A stretch of 64,000 nucleotides of DNA, taken from an uncultured Acidimicrobiia bacterium. Its GTDB lineage: Bacteria > Actinomycetota > Acidimicrobiia > Spongiisociales > ZC4RG35. The stretch covers positions 64,765-128,764 of the forward strand of contig CAVYYV010000003.1 of NCBI GenBank assembly GCA_963772815.1. The letters run 5' to 3'. The position numbers were made by a program, and so were the translations under genes. Below, piece by piece: positions 21,088-33,082 of this stretch (within the stretch, counting starts at the first letter, position 1; each line of letters opens with the position of its first letter). The notes under the pieces are model-generated. The model made no database searches, was not told where the DNA came from, and was given only the letters and a program-made list of their open reading frames with translations.

Positions 21088-21765
21088 ATGTGCGGCCGGT
21101 TCGCCTTGACCGGAGACCTCGACTTCTACCGGGACTACTACGGCATCGACGACACGGACTCCGAGTTCCTCCCTCCCAGCTGGAACCTGGCTCCGACCGA
21201 CCCGGCGTACGTGGTCTCGCCCGGCGAGACGGGCCGGTCTCTCTCCACCATGACCTGGGGCCTGATCGCGCCCTGGTCGTCCGACCCCCGCACGATCCAC
21301 ATCAACGCCCGGGTCGAGACCATCGCCGACAAGCCCGCCTTTCGGGCCGCCTTGGCCCGTCACCGGTGCCTGGTGCCCGCCGACGGGTTCTACGAATGGG
21401 AGCCGAAAGAGAAAGGGAGAACTGCCCACTGGATCTACCGAGCCGACGGCTTCCCGATGACATTCGCCGGCATCTGGGCGGCGCGGAAGGACCCCGACCA
21501 GGGCTGGCAAAGACGCTTCTCTATCGTCACCACCTCCGCCACCGGGATCATCGCATCACTCCACGACCGTATGCCGGTGATGCTGCCCGACGACTCCTGG
21601 GACGGGTGGCTCGATCCGTCTGTCGACGATCCCCAAGCCGCCGCGGGCCTGATCGGGACCATCGACCCCGACCTGCTGATGGAGCACCCGGTGTCCTCCC
21701 GGGTCAACTCGGTCCGCAACGACGGACCAGAGCTGACCGAGCGCGTCCGGGAGACATTGTTCTGA
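21088..21765 (+). CDS. yedK: SOS-response-associated peptidase (SRAP/YedK, abasic-site processing protein)
   Basis: N-terminal MCGRFAL with catalytic Cys2; WNLAPT, YEW motifs. Confidence 0.85.
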   Translation: MCGRFALTGDLDFYRDYYGIDDTDSEFLPPSWNLAPTDPAYVVSPGETGRSLSTMTWGLIAPWSSDPRTIHINARVETIADKPAFRAALARHRCLVPADGFYEWEPKEKGRTAHWIYRADGFPMTFAGIWAARKDPDQGWQRRFSIVTTSATGIIASLHDRMPVMLPDDSWDGWLDPSVDDPQAAAGLIGTIDPDLLMEHPVSSRVNSVRNDGPELTERVRETLF

Positions 21766-21832
21766 GTGTCCTCCGACTGGCGGTGGCTCCTCGACCGGAC
21801 CGGTACCTCCCGTCCGTTAGCCTCCCCTGATC

Positions 21833-22444
21833 ATGGCCCGACTCCTGCTGATACGGCACGCCCCGACTGACGAGACGGGCAAACGGCTGACGGGCCGCCT
21901 TCCCGGTGCACACCTGGGCGAAGAGGGAAGGGCGATGGCGCAACGAACGGCCGATGCACTGGTGGACGTGAAGCTCAGGGCGGTCTACTCCTCGCCAATC
22001 GAGCGGACCTGGGAGACGGCGGAGATAATCGCCCGGCCGCACGATCTGGAACCGGTCGCCGAGCAAGGCTTGCTCGAAGTCGACTACGGGAGATGGTCGG
22101 GCCGAACCCTGAAGTCACTGTATCGGCTCAAGGCGTGGCGGACCGTGCAGATGACGCCGTCACGGATGGTGTTTCCTGGTGGAGAGGCCATCGCTGAGGC
22201 CCAACGGCGGGCTGTCGAGACTTGTGAGGCGCTGTCGCGTCGTCACGTCAGGGACACGATCGCCCTGGTCAGTCATGCCGACATCATCAAGGCGATCCTG
22301 TCTCATTTCCTGGGCCAGCCCCTCGACCTCTTTCAGCGAATCGTCGTCTCGCCCGCCTCCGTCAGCGTCGTCGATCTCCCCCGCCAGGGGCTCCCTACCC
22401 TGGTGGCCATGAACACCCTCGCTCCAGAGCCGAATCGAGCATGA
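21833..22444 (+). CDS. histidine phosphatase family protein (MSMEG_4193-type putative phosphomutase)
   Basis: LLLIRHAPT catalytic RHG-like motif; sits next to DUF3090 as in the conserved actinobacterial set. Confidence 0.75.
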   Translation: MARLLLIRHAPTDETGKRLTGRLPGAHLGEEGRAMAQRTADALVDVKLRAVYSSPIERTWETAEIIARPHDLEPVAEQGLLEVDYGRWSGRTLKSLYRLKAWRTVQMTPSRMVFPGGEAIAEAQRRAVETCEALSRRHVRDTIALVSHADIIKAILSHFLGQPLDLFQRIVVSPASVSVVDLPRQGLPTLVAMNTLAPEPNRA

Positions 22445-22926
22445 GAGACCTGGGACCGGCGGAGGAACTCGTCGCAGGCGCCACCGGCGAGCCGGGCCGG
22501 CGCCACTTCTACCTCCAGATCACGGCCGCCGGTGAGACGGTGTGGCTTCCGGCCGAGAAACAGCAGGTTGCCACGCTGGCCTCTCAGTCGTTGACGCTGC
22601 TCACCGCCGCCGACCTCTCCCCCGATAAGGAGTCCGTGGCGTTGATGAAGGCCCGGTTGACGCTTCGGACGCCCGAGCTGGAGGGGTTCCGGGTGGGCGG
22701 CATCCAGATCGCCGTTCTCGAATCACAGCTCATCACCCTGGTGGTTACCTCTCCCGACGAGGACGACTCACTCCGATTCCTCGTCACGCCTGAGCAGCTG
22801 GCGGCCATGGCCGAAGTCGCCCTCGAGGTGGTGGCGGCCGGGCGCCCGATGTGTCCACGCTGCCAACTGCCCGAGGAGCCTGAAGGCCATCGCTGCCCGG
22901 CGGTGAATGGTCACCACGCCCCCTGA
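22441..22926 (+). CDS. DUF3090 family protein
   Basis: GEPGRRHFYLQI... and C-terminal CPRCQLP...HRCP motifs; ATGA overlap with the upstream gene. Confidence 0.75.
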   Translation: MRDLGPAEELVAGATGEPGRRHFYLQITAAGETVWLPAEKQQVATLASQSLTLLTAADLSPDKESVALMKARLTLRTPELEGFRVGGIQIAVLESQLITLVVTSPDEDDSLRFLVTPEQLAAMAEVALEVVAAGRPMCPRCQLPEEPEGHRCPAVNGHHAP

Positions 22927-22930
22927 GCCC

Positions 22931-23527
22931 ATGACCGCCGAGATGACCCCCAAGCGTCGCGCCAAGCGCCAGGCCATCTTCGACGCCGCCGCCAGTCGCT
23001 TCGCTCAGCACGGGTACCACGCAGCGCGGATGCAGGACATCGCCGACGACCTGGGCTTGGTGAAGGCCGCTCTCTACTACTACTTCGACTCGAAGGAGTC
23101 GGTCTTGGTCGAACTGATTCGCGATCGAGTCGGCCTGGCGTTGGAGGCGGTGTCCCAAATCGCCCGGTCCGACGCCTCCCCCACCCAGAAGATCGATCAG
23201 GCCGTCCTGACCCATCTGCGGGTCTTCAACCAGCATGCTGACCTCTACACGATATTCAACTCCGAGAAGCTGCACTCGGTCAGCCCCGAGGCGGCCCGGC
23301 TTGTCGACGATCTGGGCAGGGCCTACGAGAAGCGATGGGAAGAGATGATGAGCGAGGGGGTCCGATCCGGTGCCTTCCGCCCCAACCTGGACGTGCCGGT
23401 GACGATAAAGGCGGTGATGGGGATGCTCAACAACACTCTCACGTGGTACTCATCCACAGGGCGCCTCACCATCGACGCGCTGGCAGAACGCTACGTATCC
23501 CTGATCCGCTCCGGAGTCATGGCCTGA
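22931..23527 (+). CDS. TetR/AcrR-family transcriptional regulator
   Basis: AIFDAAASRFAQHGYHAARMQDIADDLGLVKAALYYYFDSKE HTH signature. Confidence 0.8.
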   Translation: MTAEMTPKRRAKRQAIFDAAASRFAQHGYHAARMQDIADDLGLVKAALYYYFDSKESVLVELIRDRVGLALEAVSQIARSDASPTQKIDQAVLTHLRVFNQHADLYTIFNSEKLHSVSPEAARLVDDLGRAYEKRWEEMMSEGVRSGAFRPNLDVPVTIKAVMGMLNNTLTWYSSTGRLTIDALAERYVSLIRSGVMA

Positions 23528-23942
23528 CCCGGCGCCAGAGAAGACGATTGACGATCGGCACACCCGATCTCCCCTGCTCGGGGTCCGAGGACAGCTCCAG
23601 GTCCTCTCCAACCCACCTGATGTTGCGGATCTGGTCGCGGCCCACCCAGTTCGGGAGGAGGGACACCTCGACGTGGTGGTGCACCTGCCGGCCCTCAACC
23701 GTATAGGTTCCGGCATAGCTCAAATACCCGGCGGCGGCACGGGCCCGTTCCCTGGCAGTGGCTCCGGCCAGCGTGGTGGCCGAGACGGCTGGGCGGCTCC
23801 GGCGCATGAGCGTGGCGGACATGCTTCCGTCGGCGGTGTAGATGAGAAATCCGGACACATCGCCCCCAAACGGAAGCTGAGTCCTCTCACCTACTTCGGC
23901 GATCCAGCGGACCAGCTCCCAGGTGCCCACGAGGCGCGACAT
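23517..23942 (-). CDS. lipocalin-like domain protein
   Basis: LVGTWELV...YTADGSMSAT...YAGTYTVEG...W.G...R pattern. Confidence 0.5.
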   Translation of the reverse strand: MSRLVGTWELVRWIAEVGERTQLPFGGDVSGFLIYTADGSMSATLMRRSRPAVSATTLAGATARERARAAAGYLSYAGTYTVEGRQVHHHVEVSLLPNWVGRDQIRNIRWVGEDLELSSDPEQGRSGVPIVNRLLWRRVRP

Positions 23943-23971
23943 AAGAGCGGCGATACTAGCGCGACACGAAT

Positions 23972-25522
23972 TTGACCCGCCGGTTGAATTTCGACCTGGG
24001 CAACGATAGATTCCATGCCGAACCGACCGGGAGCCAGATAGTGGTGAGTCTCCGTAACGACGCCCTCAACGTCGCCCTCGACACGACCGACAACCCCTAC
24101 CTGATGGACGGGTACGCGCCCGTCGACACCGAGATCGATGCTCGCGACCTCACGATCATCGGGGAGATCCCGTCCGACCTCAACGGCCTCTACGTTCGCA
24201 ATGGCCCCAACCCCCAGCACGCCCCGGCGGGTCGCTATCACTGGTTCGATGGCGACGGGATGCTCCATGCCATCCACTTCCGCGACGGAACAGCCTCGTA
24301 CCGGAACCGCTGGGTGCGCACCATCGGCTTCCAGCGCGAATCCCGCAAAGGCCGCTCTCTGTACAAGGGGATGATTGAGCCATCGGACCGCAACCCCGAG
24401 GACGGGAGTCACCGGCCCCATTACCGCTCCCTCAAGGACACCGCCAACACAGACGTGATCTTCCACAACGGCAACCTGATGGCGCTGTGGTACCTGGCGG
24501 GTGAGCCCTACAAGGTCGATCCCGAGACGCTGGCGACTCTGGGCACGGAAGACTGGGGAGGGAGACGGCAGGGTTGTGTATCTGCCCACGCCAAGGTAGA
24601 CGAGCACACCGGCGAACTCCTGTTCTTCGACTATGGCCCTGAAGCCCCCTACATGTGGTACGGGGTAGTGACCGCCGCCGGCGTGCTGCGCCACTACGTC
24701 CCGGTGCCTCTGCCGGCCGCCCGGCTTCCCCACGACATGGCCGTGACCGAGCACTACTCCGTCCTGATGGACCTGCCTCTGTTCGCCGATCCGGAGGTGT
24801 ACGCCGCCGGGCGCCACCGCCTGGTGTTCGCCGCCGAACTTCCCACCCGCTTCGCCGTGATACCCAGGTACGGAAACACCGGGGACGTCCGCTGGTTCGA
24901 GGCTGATCCGTGCTACATCTACCACACGATCAACGCCTGGGAGGATGGCGAACAGATCGTGCTGGACGTGTGCCGCACCCGCCGTCCCCAACCTCCGGCC
25001 ACGCCGATCACCGGGCCCCTCGAGTCGCTGCTCGAGTATCTGCGCCTCGATGCACAGTGGTACCGATACCAATTCGATCTCAGGACCGGGAGGACAAGCG
25101 AGGGACCTCTCGACGACCTCAACACCGAGTTCCCGGTGATCAACACGACCGGGTTGGGGAGGCCCACCCGGTTCTCATATCACGTAGCCATCGAGAACAG
25201 CTACACGACTCTGTTCGACGGCATCGTCAAGTACGACAACCGAAACGGTGTCGGCACTCGCTACGACTTCGGGCCGGGCCGATGGGGATCGGAGGCGCCC
25301 TTCGCCCCCAGGGGCGGGGCGCGGGCCGAAGACGACGGCTACCTGGTCTCGTTCGTGTACGACGAGCGGGACGGCCACTCGGAGTGTCTGGTCCTCGACG
25401 CCGAGACCATGTCCGAGGTGGGACGGGTGCTGATTCCCCAGCGGATTCCCAACGGATTCCATGCCTGCTGGGTGCCCCAGGATGCTCTGGACGCCCGGGC
25501 GGCGCAGCGTCTCGAGCCATGA
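23972..25522 (+). CDS. carotenoid cleavage dioxygenase (RPE65/CCD family)
   Basis: NPYLMDGYAPV...LNGLYVRNGPNP...HWFDGDGMLH...four-His seven-blade propeller hallmarks; start may be the internal GTG ~24046. Confidence 0.85.
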   Translation: MTRRLNFDLGNDRFHAEPTGSQIVVSLRNDALNVALDTTDNPYLMDGYAPVDTEIDARDLTIIGEIPSDLNGLYVRNGPNPQHAPAGRYHWFDGDGMLHAIHFRDGTASYRNRWVRTIGFQRESRKGRSLYKGMIEPSDRNPEDGSHRPHYRSLKDTANTDVIFHNGNLMALWYLAGEPYKVDPETLATLGTEDWGGRRQGCVSAHAKVDEHTGELLFFDYGPEAPYMWYGVVTAAGVLRHYVPVPLPAARLPHDMAVTEHYSVLMDLPLFADPEVYAAGRHRLVFAAELPTRFAVIPRYGNTGDVRWFEADPCYIYHTINAWEDGEQIVLDVCRTRRPQPPATPITGPLESLLEYLRLDAQWYRYQFDLRTGRTSEGPLDDLNTEFPVINTTGLGRPTRFSYHVAIENSYTTLFDGIVKYDNRNGVGTRYDFGPGRWGSEAPFAPRGGARAEDDGYLVSFVYDERDGHSECLVLDAETMSEVGRVLIPQRIPNGFHACWVPQDALDARAAQRLEP

Positions 25523-25562
25523 GCCCTCGCCGATGGGTGGCCGTGGGGCAGGAAGCGCCCTG

Positions 25563-26780
25563 ATGACCGATCGCGACGTGTTCGTCCTGGGGGGATGCCA
25601 GAGCGACTTCGCCCGCAACTGGGCGACCGAGGAGATCACCCAGTTCGACGTCATACGCGAGGTCGCCCTGGGCGCCCTGGAGGACGCGGGCGTCGGCCCG
25701 GACCAGGTGGATGGGTTCGAGGTGGGGAACTTCGTGGGAGAGCTCTTCACCGGCCAAGGCCATCTGGGCGGCATGATCGCCTCCATCGATCCCGGGCTGG
25801 CCGCCGTGTCCGGAGCACGCCACGAAGCTGCGTGCGCGTCGGGCTCCATGGCGGCTCTATCGGCCCTCGCCCAGATCCAAGCAGGCTGGGCCGACGTGAT
25901 CCTGGTGGTGGGATCCGAGCAGATGCGGAACGTGGACGCGGCAACGGCGGCCTCCCACCTGGGTGCGGCCATGTGGGTGGGCCGGGAATCGATCGATGCC
26001 CGATTCCCCTGGCCACATCAGTTCGCCCGGATCGCCGACGCCTACGCCGAACGCTACGGGCTGGAGCACGAGCATCTGGCCGCCATCGCCGACAAGAACT
26101 TCACAAACGCCCGGGCCAATCCCCTGGCCCAGGCGCGAGCCTGGAGCTTCGAGCCCGACGCATTCGCAGAGGACGACCAACTCAACCCGGTGATCGAGGG
26201 ACGGCTCCGCAAGCAGGACTGCGGACGCATCACCGACGGCGCAGCGGCCATCGTCCTCGCCTCTGCCCGGTTCATGTCGGACAACCACGTCCCCCTCGAC
26301 CACTTCGCCCGCATCGCGGGGTGGGGACGTAGGACGGCACCCTTGTTGCTGGACACCAAGCTGGCCGCTCCCCCCAACGGCGGGCCCATGTTTCCTCATG
26401 TATCCGAAGCGGTCCAGATGGCACGGGAACGGGCCAGCGTGGGCCTGGCCGACATCGACGTGATCGAGACGCACGACTGCTTCACGATCTCGGAGTACCT
26501 GGCCTACGACCATGTCGGCCTGGCCCCTCCGGGCGAATCCTGGAAGGCGGTTGAGGAGGGCTGGGCGCAGAAGGGGGGCCGTCTTCCCGTCAATCCCTCC
26601 GGGGGGCTCATCGGAGCCGGGCACCCTGTCGGCGCAACCGGGGTCCGGATGCTCTGGGACGCTGCCCGCCAGGTGACCGACACTGCGGGCGAGATGCAGG
26701 TGCCGGGTGCCCGGACGGCGCAAACGATCAACATTGGGGGCAGCACCACCACAGTCGCCAGCTTCGTGCTGCGCTCGTGA
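25563..26780 (+). CDS. thiolase-family protein (SCP-x-like / thiolase C-terminal domain type)
   Basis: MTDRDVFVLGGCQSDF...GGLIGAGHPVGATGVRM... Confidence 0.8.
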   Translation: MTDRDVFVLGGCQSDFARNWATEEITQFDVIREVALGALEDAGVGPDQVDGFEVGNFVGELFTGQGHLGGMIASIDPGLAAVSGARHEAACASGSMAALSALAQIQAGWADVILVVGSEQMRNVDAATAASHLGAAMWVGRESIDARFPWPHQFARIADAYAERYGLEHEHLAAIADKNFTNARANPLAQARAWSFEPDAFAEDDQLNPVIEGRLRKQDCGRITDGAAAIVLASARFMSDNHVPLDHFARIAGWGRRTAPLLLDTKLAAPPNGGPMFPHVSEAVQMARERASVGLADIDVIETHDCFTISEYLAYDHVGLAPPGESWKAVEEGWAQKGGRLPVNPSGGLIGAGHPVGATGVRMLWDAARQVTDTAGEMQVPGARTAQTINIGGSTTTVASFVLRS

Positions 26781-26790
26781 CTCTCGAGCC

Positions 26791-27985
26791 ATGAACCCGG
26801 TCTACCTATGCCAGGGGGTGAGGACGCCGCGCGGCAAGGCCTCTCCCCGGGGCGGTTTGGCCGGCGTGGCACCACTCCAGCTGGCCCAGGCGGTTCTGGA
26901 CGAGCTGATGAAGCGGAGCGGGGTCGACCCGGAGGCAGTCGACGACCTGATCCTCGGCGTGGCATCCCAGACCGACGCCCAGGGAGCGAACCTGGCCAAG
27001 ACGGCCGCGCTGATGGCGGGATGGCCGCCGTCAGTCCCGGGGGTGACGATCAACCGTTTCTGCGCCTCCGGCATCGATGCCGTGAACCACGCCGCCGCCC
27101 AGGTGGCGGCAGGCCGCGTCGGACCTGGTGGTGGCGGGTGGCGTCGAGTCGGTATCGGCGGTGCCGATGTTCGCCGACAAGGGTCCCCTGTGGACCGACC
27201 CCCGTGTGATCCACCAAACCGGGTTCGTCCACATGGGTATCGCCGCCGACCTGGTGGCGACGATGGAGCGATTCGATCGTGAAGAGCTCGACCGATACGG
27301 CGTGGAAACCCATCATCGCGCCGCTCAGGCGTGGGCGGAAGGCCGGTTCGCATCATCGTTGGTGGTCGTTCCGGGTCCCGACGGAACCCTCGAGACCGAT
27401 GAGCACGTGCGCCCCGGAGTGACCATGGAACAGGCGGCGGCGCTCGAACCGGCATTCACCGATCTCGAGGAGATGGATGCCCGGGTACTGGCTCGCTTCC
27501 CGGAGCTGGAAGGGATTCGCCACGTCCATCACCGAGGAAACTCACCCTCGCTCGCCGACGGCGCCGGGGCTGTGATCGTCGCATCCGAGGAGGCACTCCG
27601 TACCCACGGGCTCGAGCCCCGGGCGCGATTGGTGTCGTTCGCCACCACTTCGGTGGACCCCGTGATCATGCTCACGTCAGGTCAAGAAGCAACAATGAAG
27701 GCCCTGGGCAAGGCAGATCTCAGCCCCGATGACGTGGACCGATTCGAGTTCGCCGAGGCCTTCGCCGCCGTGTGCGTCAAGTTCTGCCGCGACCTGGGGG
27801 TGGATGTAGATCGCTTCAACCCGAACGGTGGCACCATTGCCATGGGCCACGCGTTCGGTGCCACCGGCGCGATCCTGACCGTGTGCCTGCTGGACGAGCT
27901 CGAGAGGAGCGGCACCGGACGGGGCGTGGTGGCGGTCTCGGGAGCGGCCGGGCTGGGTGTGGCGAGCGTCATAGAGCGCGTCTGA
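26791..27985 (+). CDS. acetyl-CoA C-acyltransferase (thiolase) with an apparent frameshift near 27109-27118
   Basis: YLCQGVRTPRGK...NRFCASGIDAVNHAAAQVAAG (frame 1) then DLVVAGGVESVSAVPMF...GHAFGATGAILTVCLLDEL (frame 2). Confidence 0.75.
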
Positions 27986-28052
27986 GAACCCCGCTGCTGT
28001 CCGCCCGGGGCGAGGCAGGAGGCAAACCCACAACGTCGTTAGCCTTCACGCC

Positions 28053-28733
28053 ATGCCGGCCGCCTCATCTGATACGGAACTGACCCTGGTTGTGGTGGAG
28101 GGCCTTCTCCCCGGCGCCTCCAACGCCACCCTGCTGGCCCGGGACGAGGCCGGCCGGGCCTGGGTCTATAAGCCCGCCCGAGGCGAGAGGGCACTTTGGG
28201 ACTTCCCCCACGGAAGCCTGGCCCGTCGGGAGGTGGCCTGTTACCGCCTTTCGGAGGCCTTCGGCCTGGGGGTGGTTCCAGAGACGCGGATGGCAACCGG
28301 TCCATACGGGCCCGGATCCGCCCAACGATTCCTGGACGAAGACCAGACCTGGGATCCCCGCCCCACCATCATGGAGGCGGACCCGGGCCTTTGGTCGATC
28401 GTGGTGTTGGACCTGGTCGCCAACAACGCCGATCGTAAGATCGGACACCTGTTGCGAGAACCGGGCACTGCGGCCATCTGGGCCATCGACAACGGGCTCA
28501 CGTTCCACGTCGACGACAAGCTGCGCACCGTGATGTGGTCATTCGCCGGCCGGTCGATCCCGCAGCCATGGTTGGAGGTCCTCGAGGAGGACGCCTTGAT
28601 CGACGCTCTCGAGGGGCTCTTGTCGCCGGTCGAGGTAAATGCGGCCCTCGAGCGGCTCAGGCGACTCCGATCGGACCCCCGTCATCCCGATCCCCCCCTC
28701 GATCGGCCACCTCTCCCATGGCCGGTGTGGTGA
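28053..28733 (+). CDS. SCO1664-family protein (TIGR03843-like)
   Basis: ...LLARDEAGRAWVYKP..GERALWDFPHGSLARREVAAY...DLVANNADRK.GHLL... typical of the family that co-occurs with DUF3090 and the phosphomutase. Confidence 0.7.
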   Translation: MPAASSDTELTLVVVEGLLPGASNATLLARDEAGRAWVYKPARGERALWDFPHGSLARREVACYRLSEAFGLGVVPETRMATGPYGPGSAQRFLDEDQTWDPRPTIMEADPGLWSIVVLDLVANNADRKIGHLLREPGTAAIWAIDNGLTFHVDDKLRTVMWSFAGRSIPQPWLEVLEEDALIDALEGLLSPVEVNAALERLRRLRSDPRHPDPPLDRPPLPWPVW

Positions 28734-28739
28734 AGACAG

Positions 28740-28998
28740 TCAGGCTCGCGCCTTCATCCAGCGATAGACCAGTAAGGCGACGATCGCACCGATGATGGAG
28801 CCGATCAATCCCGTAGTCGAGAAGTCGAGGATCTTCCGGCCGCTCGAGAAGAGAGCGAAGATGAACCCCCCCACAAACGAGCCGACGATCCCCAACAGCA
28901 AGGTGGCCAGAATCCCCATCGGGTCCTTGCCCGGGACCAGCGCCCGGGCCAGGAACCCGGCGATGAGGCCCACGATAAGAAACCAGATGATGTTCACG
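28740..28998 (-). CDS. GlsB/YeaQ/YmgE-family stress-response membrane protein
   Basis: AAAGGAG RBS + GTG; VNIIWFLIVGLIAGFLARALVPGKDPMGILATLLLGIVGSFVGGFIF... Confidence 0.75.
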
Positions 28999-29054
28999 TC
29001 AGCTCCTTTGGCTCGGCTAGGACGTGACCCGATTATGGCAGTCATGCTCGGGGC

Positions 29055-30702
<1,648 letters not shown>

Positions 30703-30739
30703 CGCTCTACAGTCGGCCGCGACTGATGGAGGTTCACCT

Positions 30740-31723
30740 TTGACGAAGTTCGCCTATTTCTGCGGTCACGAGCAATTTCAGCCCGAAGAGCTGGTCGAGC
30801 ATGCGGTGCTGGCCGAGCAGGCAGGGTTCGACATGGCCGTGGTATCGGAGCATTTCCACCCCTGGGTCGACGACCAGTCCGCCGCCGGGTTCGCTTTCTC
30901 CACCATCGCCGCCATGGCCCAGGCCACCCGCCGCATCGTCTTCACGACCGGTGTGACGACACCTCTGTTTCGCTATCACCCGGGCGTAGTGGCCCAGGCC
31001 GCCGCCACACTGGATCGCATCTCGGGTGGCCGCTTCAACCTCGGCGTCGGTTTGGGTGAGAACATCAACGAGGGCCCGCTGGGCTATGAGTTTCCCGCCT
31101 ACGCCGAGCGGAATGCCCGCATGACAGAGGCCCTGAAGATCATGCGCCGCTTGCTGGACGGCGAGAAGCTGACCTTCGACGGTGACTACTACGAGACCGA
31201 CAGGGCCCGGCTCTACTCACCACCGCTCCAGGACCACCTGCCCATCTATCTGGCGGCGGGTGGCCCCAAGTCCGCCACCCTGGCGGGCGAGCTCAGCGAC
31301 GGGGTCATCACCTCGGTCAAGGATCCCGACGACACCGTGACCCGGGTGGTCGAGCCGCTGCGGGAAGCGGCGAGTGTAGCCGACAAGCCCGATCCCACCG
31401 TGATAGCCACCCGGTGGTCGATCTGGGCGGCAGACGACGACGAAGCGTGGAAGGCGCTGACATCCTGGCGGGGCCTGCGAGCACCCGGCCGTCTGGAGGC
31501 GGTCGACCCCATGACCTTGCGCCAGCGCGCCGACGAGATGCCCCGTGCCGACATCCTGGCTCGCTACTCGCGCGTCCATGACCCCGAGAGTGTGATCGAG
31601 GTCTACCGGCCCCTGATCGACGGCCTGGAGGCCGACGTGGTGACGTTCCAGATGACCTGCGTCGACCAACCCTCGCTGATCCAGACCCTGGGCAAGGAGG
31701 TCCTTCCCCGGCTCAGGGACTAA
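30740..31723 (+). CDS. F420-dependent glucose-6-phosphate dehydrogenase-family (LLM) oxidoreductase
   Basis: GGAGG RBS + TTG; TKFAYFCGHEQFQPEELVEHAVLAEQAGFD..VVSEHFHPW close to the FGD family N-terminus. Confidence 0.8.
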   Translation: MTKFAYFCGHEQFQPEELVEHAVLAEQAGFDMAVVSEHFHPWVDDQSAAGFAFSTIAAMAQATRRIVFTTGVTTPLFRYHPGVVAQAAATLDRISGGRFNLGVGLGENINEGPLGYEFPAYAERNARMTEALKIMRRLLDGEKLTFDGDYYETDRARLYSPPLQDHLPIYLAAGGPKSATLAGELSDGVITSVKDPDDTVTRVVEPLREAASVADKPDPTVIATRWSIWAADDDEAWKALTSWRGLRAPGRLEAVDPMTLRQRADEMPRADILARYSRVHDPESVIEVYRPLIDGLEADVVTFQMTCVDQPSLIQTLGKEVLPRLRD

Positions 31724-31757
31724 CGCCGTCCCGGTGTCCGGTCTACGAGTCGGGACC

Positions 31758-32456
31758 TCAGCCGATCCTGGTCACCCGCTCGATCAAAGCCAGCAGCGAC
31801 TGGCGAACCTCGGCCCCCAAGTCGGGGTTCTGGGTAGCCACCTCCAGCGAAGGAGCAGCTCGTCGGAGCTGTTCCAGGACGGCGCCGGCATCGGGATTGG
31901 CCGATTGCAACAGATTGTCCACGGGGGGAACCATCCGTTCAGCGAGGATGGGCGCGAACGTCGCCATGAGGTCGACTTCCCAGCGACCGTTGTGATGTAG
32001 CACGAACACCTGCGGGTCACCCTCCGGCGCTTCGACCGTGACAGGCAGGAACTCCATGCCCCCCTGTTCGATCGTTTCGCCTACCGAGATCTGAAGGTCG
32101 GACGACGAGAAGCCGGACGGGAGTGTCTGGGCGAAGCCGGACCAGAAGTTGGCCGACACGTCCTCTCCGCCTCCGGCCAGGAGATCGGCCACCTCGGAGG
32201 GGTCGGCGCCCTCGATGAGAGTGAGAAGCGCCGCCTGGGACGCGTCGGTGAGGGCGGCCGCATCCTCGAACCGCCCTTCATCCACTGCAGCCATGAGACG
32301 GCCCACCAGGTCCTCGGGGGCCAATGACTGGGCGGGCGCGGTCGTCTCCGGCGGAGGTTCCTGCTTGGCCGAGCACGCCGTCACCGACATGAGGACCAGG
32401 ATCAGGACAAGGGACGCCGCCGACCAACGCCGGGCGCCGGGAACGGACAAGGGCAT
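31758..32456 (-). CDS. lipoprotein, unknown function
   Basis: MPLSVPGARRWSAASLVLILVLMSVTACSAKQE lipobox. Confidence 0.55.
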   Translation of the reverse strand: MPLSVPGARRWSAASLVLILVLMSVTACSAKQEPPPETTAPAQSLAPEDLVGRLMAAVDEGRFEDAAALTDASQAALLTLIEGADPSEVADLLAGGGEDVSANFWSGFAQTLPSGFSSSDLQISVGETIEQGGMEFLPVTVEAPEGDPQVFVLHHNGRWEVDLMATFAPILAERMVPPVDNLLQSANPDAGAVLEQLRRAAPSLEVATQNPDLGAEVRQSLLALIERVTRIG

Positions 32457-32536
32457 GAGACCAGGACGGTAGTGCCCGCGGGTGAATTCTGATGCGTGCA
32501 CCTTGCCTCCGTCGGGCGTCTCAGGGCGGATGGGGG

Positions 32537-33064
32537 CTACCGACCGTCGGACGGCAATGGAAGCCGGCCTGTACGCCACAGTTCGGAACGGGTGTCCGCC
32601 TCGGACACCCGCGCCTCGCGGCCCAGCCAGATCAGATAGGCCAGCCCGGCCAGCTCGAGGATCCATCGCCACGGATGACCCAGCGCCCGGTGCCATGCCC
32701 CGGGCCAGAAGGCAGATCCACCCAGCGGGAGGTCCCACCCGAATACGGGCCACAGAAAGACCCGTCCATCGGTCCACATGCCGTCCAACAGCAGGTGAAA
32801 CAGCCAGGCGACCACCAACGCCATCCAGGCACGACGACGCCTACCCCGGCGTGTCGTGAGCAAGACCACCACGGTGACCAGGGTGGGCACCACCAGAGCG
32901 TGCCCCCACAGCTCACCCCGACTGCCTCCTGCCACAGTCACCACCGTCAGGTCGATCAGATCGGGGAGGAGGGCACCGGCGGCCAGGAACCTCAAGTCGA
33001 CCTTGGGATCCCGGAAGATCCACCGAAACAGAAACGTGACCGCGCCCAGGTGCCAGAAGAGCAT
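32537..33064 (-). CDS. membrane-bound metal-dependent hydrolase (YbcI/DUF457-like)
   Basis: Small four-TM protein with His-rich loops (WGHAL..HLLLDG). Confidence 0.5.
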   Translation of the reverse strand: MLFWHLGAVTFLFRWIFRDPKVDLRFLAAGALLPDLIDLTVVTVAGGSRGELWGHALVVPTLVTVVVLLTTRRGRRRRAWMALVVAWLFHLLLDGMWTDGRVFLWPVFGWDLPLGGSAFWPGAWHRALGHPWRWILELAGLAYLIWLGREARVSEADTRSELWRTGRLPLPSDGR

Positions 33065-33082
33065 CGGCCTACCTAGGGAACA

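Noticed and set aside
23891-25072. 393-aa minus-strand ORF
   Set aside because: Antisense to the carotenoid cleavage dioxygenase.
25857-26792. 311-aa minus-strand ORF
   Set aside because: Antisense to the first thiolase.
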